This document shows, in pieces, positions 1 through 10,006 of a stretch of DNA of 64,000 nucleotides. Under the pieces are notes generated by a model. It did no database searches and was not told the DNA's origin. It worked only from the letters and a program-made list of their open reading frames with translations. This DNA is from a virus: positions 1-64,000 of IMG/VR virus record IMGVR_UViG_3300035682_001186; one strand, 5' to 3'. The stretch's first letter is position 1; every line of letters starts with the position of its first letter. Made by a program: the position numbers and the translations under genes.

Positions 1-2959
1 GTAATATCATATGACTTGGTGGAACAACAACTTGAGTTCCAGTTAAGTCATTAGTAATACCACTTGGATAATAGATACCAAGATATGTATTACGTGTTAC
101 AAGACCTTGTTCACCAGTACTTGATGCACCAGCTGTATTGTTTGTCCAGTCAAAGATTGATTGACCATTTGCTACTAAACGTAATGGTGTATCACCAATA
201 ATGTATGCAGTTTGACCGCGATCATTATTTAGTGTTACCATGTTAGGTTGTAACTCTGGATATTGAGGTGTTGCCATTAAGTTAAAGAATGTATCTTCAT
301 CACGAAGTTGTGTTGAAGTATCAATTGTTGTCTTAAGAGCTTTAACAATCATATTACGTTGAGCACTACGACCCATATATGGGGCACCATTTGTCTGTAA
401 ACCACTTACGCTAACCCATGCATTTGTTTCTTGTGGCAATGCTTCGTCTGGGAATGTTGTTCCATTAAAGTAGTTAACCATAAACTCTTTAATGTTATAA
501 CCACTACGACGAGTATTGAACAACAATGTACCTTGTGGATACAATTGAGAATCAGGAGCATCAATATCTAAATAGTTACTTGTTAATAAACTAACAATTG
601 TTGGAATCGGATCATCAATTGGATTTGTAGTTCCATTAGTTGCCCAACGAGCATCTTGGAATAAAATACCATTTTCTGTTGTCTGATCTGTATTGTCAAT
701 TAAAACCCATTGATCTTCGCCATTAACATTCTGCCAACGACTGATTACTGGATAATTTTCTAAATCATTAGAATCAATCCACAAATCACCATATACTAAT
801 ACACTGTTATCGCTTTGAGTTGTTGGTGCAGTTGCTGAAATGATAGGACCAGCTGGATCAGTACTAGGAGTACCAGATGCTTGTGGTAAACCATCAGATG
901 CATAACTTATATTTTTATAACCAGTCCATACTCCACCAACGTTAGTCATAATATCAACTTGATTGACAACGCTATAATACCATGGAGTTCCATCAGTTGG
1001 AATTGTTACTGGTGCGATTAGATTTGGTGTATAATTGAAAATTCTCCAATTACTTAACTGTACTGAATATTGTGGTGTTGCAAAATTTGCATACCATTGT
1101 ACACCTGTTATATTACCTCCCCCGCCAACTGTAGTAACTTGAACAGTATATGGATCAATCAAATAACCACCACCGTCAATTTCCAATAAATCACCAACAG
1201 CATAAGAAGAACCACCACCAGCTATTGTAAATGTAGGAATATATCCAAATGTAGTTACATACAATGAAGCACCGGAACCAGAACTAGACACATTGATTGC
1301 TGGGAAGTATGAATAACTAATGGTTTTAAATGGTCCCCATTTAGCACCTACACAACCTGTTGGAGTAGTAACATCAGTATTAATTGTAAATCCTGCTGCA
1401 GTAACTGCCGATGCAGGACTAATTACACCATTATCATTCATAATAATAACTCCACCTTCAGTATGAGTTAATACGATTGATCCAGTTGATGAAACTTGAG
1501 CCGTAGTATAAGGAATATTGGCAGATGTCCATGCGGTTACAAAATCTGATGCATCTAAAGTTCCAGAACTTGGCATTGTAACTGTATATGATACACTTAA
1601 ACTTGCTGAACTTGGAGTACTAACATAAACTTCAAATGTTGCATTATTTGCAAATGTTGGTGCGGTATTTGTTCCAACAAATACAGCTTCTCCAATACTT
1701 GAACGTTCAAACAATTGTAATGGTGATGAATTTGTCTCTTCATCAAAATCATACTGAGCGTATATTGATCCAGCGGGAATTGCTTGTCCACCAGAAGAAT
1801 CTAATGAATTACTAATAACCCAATCACTAGTAGATAGTGGGCAACTCTTAGCAGAGAATGTAGCAGTAGATGCGCTATATTTACTAATAACAATGTTAGT
1901 ACCTAAATTTGGAGAGTTTGTTTTAACCCAAACTGATCCTGTTGGATGAGGTTGACTATCAGTTGACTTCCATAATGGTTGTTGAGCATTGGTACCATAA
2001 ACAAGTTTTGGAGAGTAATATGTCTTTGCAGTAATTCCCAAACTTGTTAATGTCGCCGAAGTGCTTCCACTTCCAATAATTACAGTTGATCCATTATCTT
2101 GAAATATTTGTAATCTTCCATCAATATTTAGAGCTGTAACACCTAAAATATTGGCCCCGTTAATTTCCCCAACAACACCATCAACTGTGTTATTTGGACT
2201 CACTGGAACTGTTACAGTATTACTATTGATTATAATACTTCCCGCAGTTACTGTTACTGGAGTAGCAGTACCCTGAACTGTTGGCCAACTATTTTTCCAA
2301 GAGTGACCCCCAAGAACAACCCATTCATTATTTGAATTTTTAAACCAATAAGTATAATAACTTGATGGAGATCCATACTGTTCTGTCAATACCATAGCGT
2401 AATCGCCAATATTTCCAATATATTGTTGTGGTTGACCATCAGAACTAGCAACGTCAGCCACATCTTCAATAACGATTGGACTAATTACAGAGAATGTTCC
2501 TGTTGCCGAATTGAATTGAAACATACCCCATGTACTGGTAGTTGTATTCAACCAATAAGATCCATCTACTGGAGGTGCACTTGGACGTCCAGTTTGACCA
2601 ATATAATCAGCTAAGTTAATATTGGCACGAATTACATAACATAGATTACTTGTTCCAAGAACTGAATAAGCGGCAAATAAACCGTATTCATTTAGTTCAT
2701 AACCTTGAATTGCTGTTCCATCAGTTGTCTTATAGAAAAATGGTGTTCCAAAGAAACTTACCAAATCACGTTGACTTGTGACTCTGTATAGTTTATTAGC
2801 ATTGGCTGCCAATGTTCCGGGAGCAATTGCTGTTCCAGAAGGATCAGGTTTGTTTTGTGCGGTTGCCATGATAATAAGTGGAACCGATGCTGGTGGTGCA
2901 GGTAAGTATTGACTTTGGTCAATAATGGTGATTTCTACACCAGGCGATTCTAGAGCCAT
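1..2959 (-). CDS. gp18: Tail sheath protein (3' end runs off the window; >980 aa, with insertion domains)
   Basis: Not in ORF track because no stop falls in the window. ATG at 2959 after AGGAG; begins MALESPGVEITIIDQSQYLPAPP...VTSQRDLVSFFGTP...ELNEYGLFAAYSVLGTSNLCYVIRA, the sheath N-terminal SPGV motif. Late promoter upstream. Confidence 0.88.
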   Translation of the reverse strand, partial: MALESPGVEITIIDQSQYLPAPPASVPLIIMATAQNKPDPSGTAIAPGTLAANANKLYRVTSQRDLVSFFGTPFFYKTTDGTAIQGYELNEYGLFAAYSVLGTSNLCYVIRANINLADYIGQTGRPSAPPVDGSYWLNTTTSTWGMFQFNSATGTFSVISPIVIEDVADVASSDGQPQQYIGNIGDYAMVLTEQYGSPSSYYTYWFKNSNNEWVVLGGHSWKNSWPTVQGTATPVTVTAGSIIINSNTVTVPVSPNNTVDGVVGEINGANILGVTALNIDGRLQIFQDNGSTVIIGSGSTSATLTSLGITAKTYYSPKLVYGTNAQQPLWKSTDSQPHPTGSVWVKTNSPNLGTNIVISKYSASTATFSAKSCPLSTSDWVISNSLDSSGGQAIPAGSIYAQYDFDEETNSSPLQLFERSSIGEAVFVGTNTAPTFANNATFEVYVSTPSSASLSVSYTVTMPSSGTLDASDFVTAWTSANIPYTTAQVSSTGSIVLTHTEGGVIIMNDNGVISPASAVTAAGFTINTDVTTPTGCVGAKWGPFKTISYSYFPAINVSSSGSGASLYVTTFGYIPTFTIAGGGSSYAVGDLLEIDGGGYLIDPYTVQVTTVGGGGNITGVQWYANFATPQYSVQLSNWRIFNYTPNLIAPVTIPTDGTPWYYSVVNQVDIMTNVGGVWTGYKNISYASDGLPQASGTPSTDPAGPIISATAPTTQSDNSVLVYGDLWIDSNDLENYPVISRWQNVNGEDQWVLIDNTDQTTENGILFQDARWATNGTTNPIDDPIPTIVSLLTSNYLDIDAPDSQLYPQGTLLFNTRRSGYNIKEFMVNYFNGTTFPDEALPQETNAWVSVSGLQTNGAPYMGRSAQRNMIVKALKTTIDTSTQLRDEDTFFNLMATPQYPELQPNMVTLNNDRGQTAYIIGDTPLRLVANGQSIFDWTNNTAGASSTGEQGLVTRNTYLGIYYPSGITNDLTGTQVVVPPSHMIL

Positions 2960-3027
2960 TGTTTTCTCCTAAAATTTAGTATTACAACGATTAAATGTCA
3001 GCACTATGCGTGACAGTTTCATAATAA

Positions 3028-3035
3028 TATTTATC
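3028..3035 (-). promoter_or_regulatory. T4-like late promoter (GATAAATA) for tail sheath
   Basis: GATAAATA on minus strand; same octamer precedes most structural genes; variant of T4 TATAAATA. Confidence 0.75.
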
Positions 3036-3095
3036 TAAATTTAGAAAAAGTACTCTGTTACTGATCTCTACTAGTAGAGTTACTTTTCAAAGTAA

Positions 3096-3103
3096 CATAA
3101 ATA
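3096..3103 (+). promoter_or_regulatory. Late promoter variant (CATAAATA), leaderless
   Basis: 6 nt upstream of ATG 3110, no SD between. Confidence 0.6.
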
Positions 3104-3109
3104 GTCATT

Positions 3110-3454
3110 ATGAATAGACCGTTATGTACTGTTTGTAATAAATTACCAAGAGCAGCCGCCTATTATCGTAATGATAAACGATATTATCGCAGTCGTTGTG
3201 AAAGTTGTATCAGAAAAAATAAACAACTAAAAGCCGCTGATCCTCGTTGGAAGATTCGCGGCTATAAAAAGAAAACACATTGTGATCTTTGTAATTTTAA
3301 AGCTAGATATACTAATCAAATTCTAGTTCATCATATTGATGGTAACTTAAATAATTGTGAATTAATCAATTTACGTTCAATATGTTTAAACTGTGTTGAA
3401 GTTGTTAAACGAAATAATACTACTTGGAAAATAGGGGATTTAACAGTTGATTAA
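3110..3454 (+). CDS. Small Zn-finger HNH endonuclease-like protein
   Basis: Four CxxC pairs and HHIDGNLNN...NLRSICLNC HNH core. Confidence 0.75.
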   Translation: MNRPLCTVCNKLPRAAAYYRNDKRYYRSRCESCIRKNKQLKAADPRWKIRGYKKKTHCDLCNFKARYTNQILVHHIDGNLNNCELINLRSICLNCVEVVKRNNTTWKIGDLTVD

Positions 3455-4079
3455 TTTGACTATATAAGTCATCTATTGTACCATCATTATCTAAAATAGC
3501 ATCAAAATTAGTACCTATCCAAGAAGTTTCACTAACATGAATTTTATAATTATCTAAAAATGATTTGTTACTTGCCCATGATAAGTTTTTAGTAGGTCCC
3601 TTATTCACTATTTCAGCTGCATGATACCATTCTGGATCAGGTCCACGATGAGTTCTGATAACCATACCACCCGCATCTTTAATAGATTTTATTTCATTAG
3701 GAAATCTTACATCTGAGATTACAACATTATCTGATATCGTGGCAAGTTTATATTCTACGCTATGAATCCAAATATTGTCGTGAAAGGCTTTACGTGCCAC
3801 TTCTGTTCCCCAATATTGTAGAACCCAACGTGGAGTTAAATGTGGCATATTGAGCTTATTTGCCCACCACTTATCTACCTTCTCTCTCCAATCTCTACTT
3901 TCTGTGGTTCTACCCTCAAGTAGTTCACGATCCCAGCCAAATATAGCAGAGACAGCATCTTTTAATGTACCAGCGAAACTTATTCTTCTGAATCCGTGTA
4001 CGTTTACTAGATAATCAGCAACAGTATCTTTCCCGCTACCCTGAAATCCACATACACCTACTATAATCTTATTTGACAC
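3420..4079 (-). CDS. gp1: Deoxynucleoside monophosphate kinase
   Basis: GFQGSGKDT P-loop, SFAGTLKD, TPRWVLQYWGTE, ISDVRFPNE, H.SE motifs of T4 gp1-type dNMP kinases; GTG start after GGAG. Confidence 0.92.
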   Translation of the reverse strand: MSNKIIVGVCGFQGSGKDTVADYLVNVHGFRRISFAGTLKDAVSAIFGWDRELLEGRTTESRDWREKVDKWWANKLNMPHLTPRWVLQYWGTEVARKAFHDNIWIHSVEYKLATISDNVVISDVRFPNEIKSIKDAGGMVIRTHRGPDPEWYHAAEIVNKGPTKNLSWASNKSFLDNYKIHVSETSWIGTNFDAILDNDGTIDDLYSQINQLLNPLFSK

Positions 4080-4101
4080 AGTATCTCCACAATGAAATAT
4101 T

Positions 4102-4130
4102 ATTGTAATACTATGTTAATGATTAGTCAA
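4102..4130 (-). promoter_or_regulatory. sigma70-type early promoter for dNMP kinase
   Basis: TTGACT-17 nt-TACAAT on minus strand. Confidence 0.65.
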
Positions 4131-4138
4131 GTGTCGGA

Positions 4139-4894
4139 TTATCCAATTACCCAAGATAGTGGTTCAGAACCATCTACATAGGCTTTGAGTTCATCAATTA
4201 GAGCAACTTGTAATGCCGCACCTTCGGCTTTCATGGCAGCACCATTCAATGTTGTTCCACCCTGCGGACCAGCTATTGTACCAAATTTTTCACGAGCTTC
4301 ACCAATGGTAAGTTTACATTGGGCTAATGTCCAACTTGTAATCCAATTACCAATATTAGGGTCTTGAAGTAATGTAATTTCTGGCTTCATATTGTCAGTC
4401 CACAATAGAATTCTTTCACCAGTACCTTTAAAATCACGAACAAATTGAATCTCTTTTGTTACTGGATTAAATGTATAGATAACATATCCACCAAACATAC
4501 GTGCAGCTAATTCAACATATTGTGCATAAAAGTCATATGTGGCTAATCCACCAGCATAATTGTAGTTTAACAAATATGTATTTAAAATCGCTGATGAAAA
4601 TGGATCAAATGATGTAGCACTTGGTCCAGTTTCTAATCCAACAGTTCTACGAAATGCTTGTCTAACTCTAGTTACTTCTTGTGGTAAAATATAGGAATTT
4701 TGATTGGCTTGAACTTCTAATAACATATATGATTCTTCATATGCATTTTGACCACGTTGACGATATGTAGAAATAGCATAGCGATAAGCAGCCTCGTAGT
4801 GTTCAGGATCTAATTCTAGATCAATAATACCATCACCAAGACGATATCTGATACTATTAAATAATTGTTGTTTTAATTCTACGAGATTAGCCAT
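4139..4894 (-). CDS. gp13: Neck (head-tail adaptor) protein
   Basis: LG...IDLELD.EHY N-terminus; IGEAREKF...GPQGGTTLNG and terminal P...IG motifs typical of gp13; GATAAATA at 4920-4927. Confidence 0.88.
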   Translation of the reverse strand: MANLVELKQQLFNSIRYRLGDGIIDLELDPEHYEAAYRYAISTYRQRGQNAYEESYMLLEVQANQNSYILPQEVTRVRQAFRRTVGLETGPSATSFDPFSSAILNTYLLNYNYAGGLATYDFYAQYVELAARMFGGYVIYTFNPVTKEIQFVRDFKGTGERILLWTDNMKPEITLLQDPNIGNWITSWTLAQCKLTIGEAREKFGTIAGPQGGTTLNGAAMKAEGAALQVALIDELKAYVDGSEPLSWVIG

Positions 4895-4942
4895 AAAAAT
4901 ACCCTATCATAAGATAGAGTATTTATCAAATATTAAGTTGAA

Positions 4943-6154
4943 TCAATAAGCTTTCAGAATAATTAAATTATCACTAGTACGACCATTGGGTTGAGCCTGT
5001 ACAGCATTAATCTCGGCAAAAACTTTACGACTTGAAGGTTTTCCACCAGACATTAATTTCTTTAGAATCTCGGCTGGTTTACGTAGAGTTTTAACTCCAC
5101 TTTTCATAGAATCATACCCAATAATAGTTGTACCTTTGATTCCAAGAGTACCAATATGATCATCAGCAATGTAATAATGAAGTTTACGTTTGGCAGTATC
5201 ATATGCCCATACTTCTGTGGCATTAATAATCTTACTAGGATGAACACTGACAAGTTTAAGTGTTTCTTCTGACTTCTGATACTTCATTTTTGAAGCTTGT
5301 TTCTCTGGAGAAACTGGTTTACGAGCACGAACTGCTTTTGATGCCTTTTTAACCGAAACATAACTACTTAAACTAGCCAATACGGCTTCACAAAACTTAA
5401 TAACTGCCTTGATTTGTGTTTTAGTATAATGAGAATAGGCTTCATTGAGTTGTTTGTCTTTTCCCGTTTGTACTTCTTGAAACTCAGCCAATTTACGCTT
5501 CCATACATCAGTCAAAATAGACATATGTTGTGGCATAATATTACGTTCAGTTAACATTCCAACACTATTAACGTCAATATTAACAGGTTTTGCACCAAGA
5601 ATAATGAAATCGTCTAACCAACCTTCAATTTCTCCCGCAACTTCACGAGTACGCTCACGCATAATTTCTTGAATGTTTGGGCGATTTGATGAAATCGTTT
5701 CTACAACTTGTGGTGCAGTGGGACTAACTACTTTTGGTTTTGAGATTGATTCAATCAAGCGATTTAATTCATTAGTCAAACGAGTAGTTTCTTCAGTTGA
5801 AAGATTTAACCCACGCATGTACATACGTGCCAACCAACCTAATGTTGGCATAATTTCACGTTCTTCCACTTTACTTAATAATTTGGAAAGTTCTTTTCTA
5901 TCAGTTTTTTCGGCATAATCAATTAAAAAATCTTTAGAATTTTTAACACTACAGAAACGACTATACCAATTAAATGACATTCCTAATGCCAAAGACCGAT
6001 TATCTGAATCGGGTTGTGTCACAAACATAGGTTCTGTGCCATAATACTGAGTATCAGCGTCTTTTGGCTTAAAATCCGAAACAATTGTTCGTTCAGTAGA
6101 CGCTAAGACTTTTTTAGTAGATGCTAAAACTTTTTTAGTAGATTTTGTGGCCAT
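4943..6154 (-). CDS. Hypothetical basic protein, early-expressed
   Basis: Long ORF; likely start ATG 6154 (MATKSTKK) after GAG; consensus sigma70 promoter upstream; tandem KKVLAST duplication. Confidence 0.75.
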   Translation of the reverse strand: MATKSTKKVLASTKKVLASTERTIVSDFKPKDADTQYYGTEPMFVTQPDSDNRSLALGMSFNWYSRFCSVKNSKDFLIDYAEKTDRKELSKLLSKVEEREIMPTLGWLARMYMRGLNLSTEETTRLTNELNRLIESISKPKVVSPTAPQVVETISSNRPNIQEIMRERTREVAGEIEGWLDDFIILGAKPVNIDVNSVGMLTERNIMPQHMSILTDVWKRKLAEFQEVQTGKDKQLNEAYSHYTKTQIKAVIKFCEAVLASLSSYVSVKKASKAVRARKPVSPEKQASKMKYQKSEETLKLVSVHPSKIINATEVWAYDTAKRKLHYYIADDHIGTLGIKGTTIIGYDSMKSGVKTLRKPAEILKKLMSGGKPSSRKVFAEINAVQAQPNGRTSDNLIILKAY

Positions 6155-6183
6155 TTTATTCTCAAATTTAAGTAACAAAGTAC

Positions 6184-6212
6184 ATTATACTATAAACGGT
6201 ATTTATTGTCAA
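6184..6212 (-). promoter_or_regulatory. Consensus sigma70 early promoter
   Basis: TTGACA-17 nt-TATAAT on minus strand. Confidence 0.8.
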
Positions 6213-6236
6213 ACGTTTTTGGATAAATACTTAACT

Positions 6237-8102
6237 ATGCCAAGACTCAGCCTATATCGTCCAACCCAATCAAATGATTATTCATTTTTTGATAAAACAA
6301 TCAAAGAGATGTATACTGTCGGTGCAACTGATCTTTACATACACAAATATTTAGGCACCAATAATCCGGTTAATAATGACGCTACATTGCCTACCTATGA
6401 TAGTACTAATCCTACAAATATTCAAGATTTACTATTCTTAGAAAACCGTGATCGTAAGTATGATAATAATATTTATAGATTACGTGGACATTATAATGTC
6501 CAGAATTTAGACTTTGATCTAAGTCAATTTGGTTTATTTTTAACCAGTGATGTTATTTTCATTACCGTTCATTATAATCAAATGATTGATATCATTGGAC
6601 GTAAATTAATGGTTGGTGATGTATTTGAATTACCACATTTAATAGATTATCATCCGCTTAATGATACAATACCAATTGGTTTACGTAGATATTATCAAGT
6701 AACTGATTCAAATTATGCCAGCGAAGGTTTTAGTGCCACTTGGTTCCCACATATGTGGAGAATTAAATGTGAACCATTGGTCAATAGTCAAGAATTTAAT
6801 GATATTCTTAAAGATCCAATTAACAAAGATAATTATATTGGTGATTGGGATTCAACTACTTCATATGAAGTTGGATATACAGTAACATATGGTGATAAAA
6901 TTTATACTCCAATAAGATCAGTACCGGCAGGAGTTAGTCCTCCAGATCCATCGTTTTGGGCTGTCAGTGATGAACAAAATTTAATAGATATTATATCTAC
7001 TTACAATAAGAATATATCTATTAACAATGCCGTTATAGAAGAAGCTAAACGTGTATTACCAAAAAGCGGATATGACTTGAGTAATTTATATATTGTTCCA
7101 ACATATATTGATAATCAACCAGCACCACCAATTAATGTTGTAGTACCATTTAATACAAATTCAAATATTGTGGCAGCTTCATTAAAGATTGTTAGAAATC
7201 CAATGTATCTTAATGCTAGTCCAGTTCTTAGATTAAATCCAGTTGCAAAAAAGGCATTTAAAGCGTTTAATGTACTATCTCTTCAAATTGGAACAATAAC
7301 ACCAAAACTTAGTGAAACAGGTAGTGGTTTAGTACATTCAGATATGGCACTAATTACTGCTACCATATCTGAGAACATTACTGGCCCGTATGGTACAGCA
7401 GATAATACTTATGCCGAAGCAGATCAGTATGTTAATTCAACATTAAAGAATTTATTGGCTGTACCAGCCAATAGTTATAGAGTTACAATTCAAGGTATAT
7501 TAGATAATGATGTAAGTATTGGGTTGGTTATAAGAGCCACAGTGTTTAGTGCTAATGGTACATCAACTAGTGTATGGCCTAGTAATACTACAATTGTTGC
7601 CGTTGATTCAGATACAAACACATTAGTAGTTAGTAATCCTACTGGGGTTATTATACCAGTTGGAACTTCAATTGAAGTTAGTTATAATTTTACTGGTACT
7701 GTAACTCCAGTAATGGATTATAGAGCCGATGCTGATCCACAATTTAGTTATATTGCAAGAAGAAGTCCTCGTGACTTTGGATGGGTTAATGGATACTTAA
7801 CTGGTGATGATCAAGCTCCAAATGGAGAACCATATCAATCAGGAATTGTATTTCCAGCTACACCTTCAATTGGACAATATTTCTTACGTATAGATTATCT
7901 ACCACAACAATTGTATAGATATGATGGATCTATGTGGGTTCACATTAGTTCAAATGTCAGAACTGATACTGCATTTAGTGACACAGATCAAAGTCTATTA
8001 TCTGGATTTATCAATAATGATGCGGTTACTATGACAAGTACAGGTCAAACTGTACCACAACAACAAAGCCTATCAAATGTCTTACGTATACAACCAGACT
8101 GA
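6237..8102 (+). CDS. gp14: Neck/head-closure protein with CBM5/12-like insertion and C-terminal extension
   Basis: Likely start MPRLSLYRP at 6237, 7 nt after GATAAATA (6222-6229); LSQFGLFL...GDVFELPHL gp14-like motifs; located between gp13 and gp15. Confidence 0.75.
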   Translation: MPRLSLYRPTQSNDYSFFDKTIKEMYTVGATDLYIHKYLGTNNPVNNDATLPTYDSTNPTNIQDLLFLENRDRKYDNNIYRLRGHYNVQNLDFDLSQFGLFLTSDVIFITVHYNQMIDIIGRKLMVGDVFELPHLIDYHPLNDTIPIGLRRYYQVTDSNYASEGFSATWFPHMWRIKCEPLVNSQEFNDILKDPINKDNYIGDWDSTTSYEVGYTVTYGDKIYTPIRSVPAGVSPPDPSFWAVSDEQNLIDIISTYNKNISINNAVIEEAKRVLPKSGYDLSNLYIVPTYIDNQPAPPINVVVPFNTNSNIVAASLKIVRNPMYLNASPVLRLNPVAKKAFKAFNVLSLQIGTITPKLSETGSGLVHSDMALITATISENITGPYGTADNTYAEADQYVNSTLKNLLAVPANSYRVTIQGILDNDVSIGLVIRATVFSANGTSTSVWPSNTTIVAVDSDTNTLVVSNPTGVIIPVGTSIEVSYNFTGTVTPVMDYRADADPQFSYIARRSPRDFGWVNGYLTGDDQAPNGEPYQSGIVFPATPSIGQYFLRIDYLPQQLYRYDGSMWVHISSNVRTDTAFSDTDQSLLSGFINNDAVTMTSTGQTVPQQQSLSNVLRIQPD

Positions 8103-8156
8103 TTTATAGTTTAGTTGATATCGTCTGATAAATATTAACATCTCTAGGAAATTTTA

Positions 8157-9539
8157 ATGGCAGCTTACTTTTATGACGAACAAATAAAGCGTTTTTTATT
8201 ACAATTTGCACGCATATTCAGCGAATGGAGTGTGACTTTTGGCACCGATCCAGCTGGTAATACAATTTATCATAGAGTACCTATTATATATGGTGATGGT
8301 AGTCGTCAAGCCGCCACTATTATCGCTAATAACTCGGCAAGTAATATGCCTAGTGCTCCTCAAATTGTTTATTATATTTCTGGTCTAGAATATGATCAAA
8401 CTAGAACACAAGATCCAACATTTGTAGATGTAACAAGTGTCAGACAACGTGCTTTTAATCAAGAAACTGGAGAATATGAAACTGTACAAGGTAATGCATT
8501 TACAGTAGAACGCTTAATGCCTGTGCCATATACTCTCAGAGTCACTGTAGACTTTTGGACTACTAACTATCAACAAAAACTTGAATTAATTGAACAAATG
8601 GCTGTATTGTTTAACCCAAGTTTAGAAATACAAAGCACAGATAACTTTTTAGATTGGACCAGTTTAAGTGTAGTATATCAAGATGGTCTTACATTTACTA
8701 GCAGAGCAATACCAATTGGAACTGGTAATCCCATTGATGTATTGACTTGGAAATTTTACATGCCAATTTGGATCAGTGCTTCAGTTAAAGTTAAAAAACT
8801 TGGTATCATTCAGAAAATTATTGCCAGTATTTATAGTGGAAAAGCATTGAGTGATATTCAAGATGATGATTTGTTATTGGGTACTAGACAAAAGATTACA
8901 CCATATGGATATCAACTATTATTGTTAGGTGATAATTTACAAATTTTACCAGCCAATAATCCAAATCAACCACCTAATACTTCATATGAAGTACCAACAG
9001 AACCACCAGGAACTGTATTTTGGCATAGTGTATTAAACGTATATGGTGTAATAAGACCCGGAGTTAGTATGATAGCTTTAGAAAATCCATATCTAAGTAC
9101 AGAAATCATGGGTACTATTGATTATGATCAATTTGATGATAGTTTGTTAACCTATAATATTGATCCAGATACTTTACCACAAAATACATTGGATCCAGTT
9201 GATAGTATTATTGATCCAACTCAAAAATATCCAGGAGAAGGTTTACCATCATCTATTTCTGGTCAACGTTACTTAATTGTTGCTGATATACCACATCAAA
9301 TAACATATAATTCACTACCCAATGCTTGGCCTGGATTAACCACTGGCGCAATCGCTGGGTCTATTATTGAATATGATGGAACTGAATGGTTTATTAGTTT
9401 TGATACTACTCAAATACAAGTTATGCAATTTGTAACCAATTTAACTAGTGGTGTTCAATATCGCTATATAGCCGATCAAGGTTGGATGAAGAGTTATGAA
9501 GGTTATTATAACCAAGGTGATTGGCGTATTATAATATAA
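8157..9539 (+). CDS. gp15: Tail terminator / sheath stabilizer with C-terminal extension
   Basis: YFYDEQIKRFLLQF, VPIIYG, MPVPYTL, QKLELIEQ..VLFNP motifs; GATAAATA at 8127-8134. Confidence 0.85.
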   Translation: MAAYFYDEQIKRFLLQFARIFSEWSVTFGTDPAGNTIYHRVPIIYGDGSRQAATIIANNSASNMPSAPQIVYYISGLEYDQTRTQDPTFVDVTSVRQRAFNQETGEYETVQGNAFTVERLMPVPYTLRVTVDFWTTNYQQKLELIEQMAVLFNPSLEIQSTDNFLDWTSLSVVYQDGLTFTSRAIPIGTGNPIDVLTWKFYMPIWISASVKVKKLGIIQKIIASIYSGKALSDIQDDDLLLGTRQKITPYGYQLLLLGDNLQILPANNPNQPPNTSYEVPTEPPGTVFWHSVLNVYGVIRPGVSMIALENPYLSTEIMGTIDYDQFDDSLLTYNIDPDTLPQNTLDPVDSIIDPTQKYPGEGLPSSISGQRYLIVADIPHQITYNSLPNAWPGLTTGAIAGSIIEYDGTEWFISFDTTQIQVMQFVTNLTSGVQYRYIADQGWMKSYEGYYNQGDWRIII

Positions 9540-9967
9540 TGAGTAAAAGACAAGTTAACGGCGTAGGAGTAATGTTTTGCGCTCAATCTACTGGACGACA
9601 TTTATTTTTATTACGTAATGATAAGAATGTACATGTGTGGGGATTACCTGGTGGTAAAGTTGAACGCGATGAAACATTGTTAGAATCTTTACAACGTGAA
9701 TGTCATGAAGAAATAGATTATTGGCCAGAACAAGCTAAGTTATTTCCCATAGAACAGTTTACCAGCGAAGATAAAAACTTTGTTTATCATACATTTTATT
9801 GTATGTTATCAGATGAGTTTATACCAACATTAAATAATGAACATATTGGTTATGCATGGGTAGATGGTAAAACTTATCCAAAACCATTACATCGTGGATT
9901 ATTTGCTACATTGAATTATGATATCATTCAACAAAAAATAGATATAATTCAACAAGCCATTAAATGA
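9539..9967 (+). CDS. Nudix hydrolase
   Basis: Nudix box GGKVERDETLLESLQRECHEE; start ATG 9539 overlaps gp15 stop (TAATG). Confidence 0.9.
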   Translation: MSKRQVNGVGVMFCAQSTGRHLFLLRNDKNVHVWGLPGGKVERDETLLESLQRECHEEIDYWPEQAKLFPIEQFTSEDKNFVYHTFYCMLSDEFIPTLNNEHIGYAWVDGKTYPKPLHRGLFATLNYDIIQQKIDIIQQAIK

Positions 9968-9993
9968 CAAAAGCCGCTTAAGCGGCTTTTTGT
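9966..9993. terminator. Bidirectional intrinsic terminator
   Basis: AAAAGCCGC-TTAA-GCGGCTTTT between convergent genes. Confidence 0.85.
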
Positions 9994-10006
9994 TGTCAGT
10001 ACTATA

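Noticed and set aside
1597-2614. Short ORFs 1597-1791 and 2423-2614 and similar 60-130 aa ORFs inside long genes
   Set aside because: Out-of-frame or antisense to well-supported genes, with no motifs
6147-6236. Upstream starts in the ORF track (6147, 6178, 9521, 11366, 22221, 46233, 63554)
   Set aside because: They overlap neighbouring genes or promoters; downstream ATGs fit SD, promoter or family N-termini better
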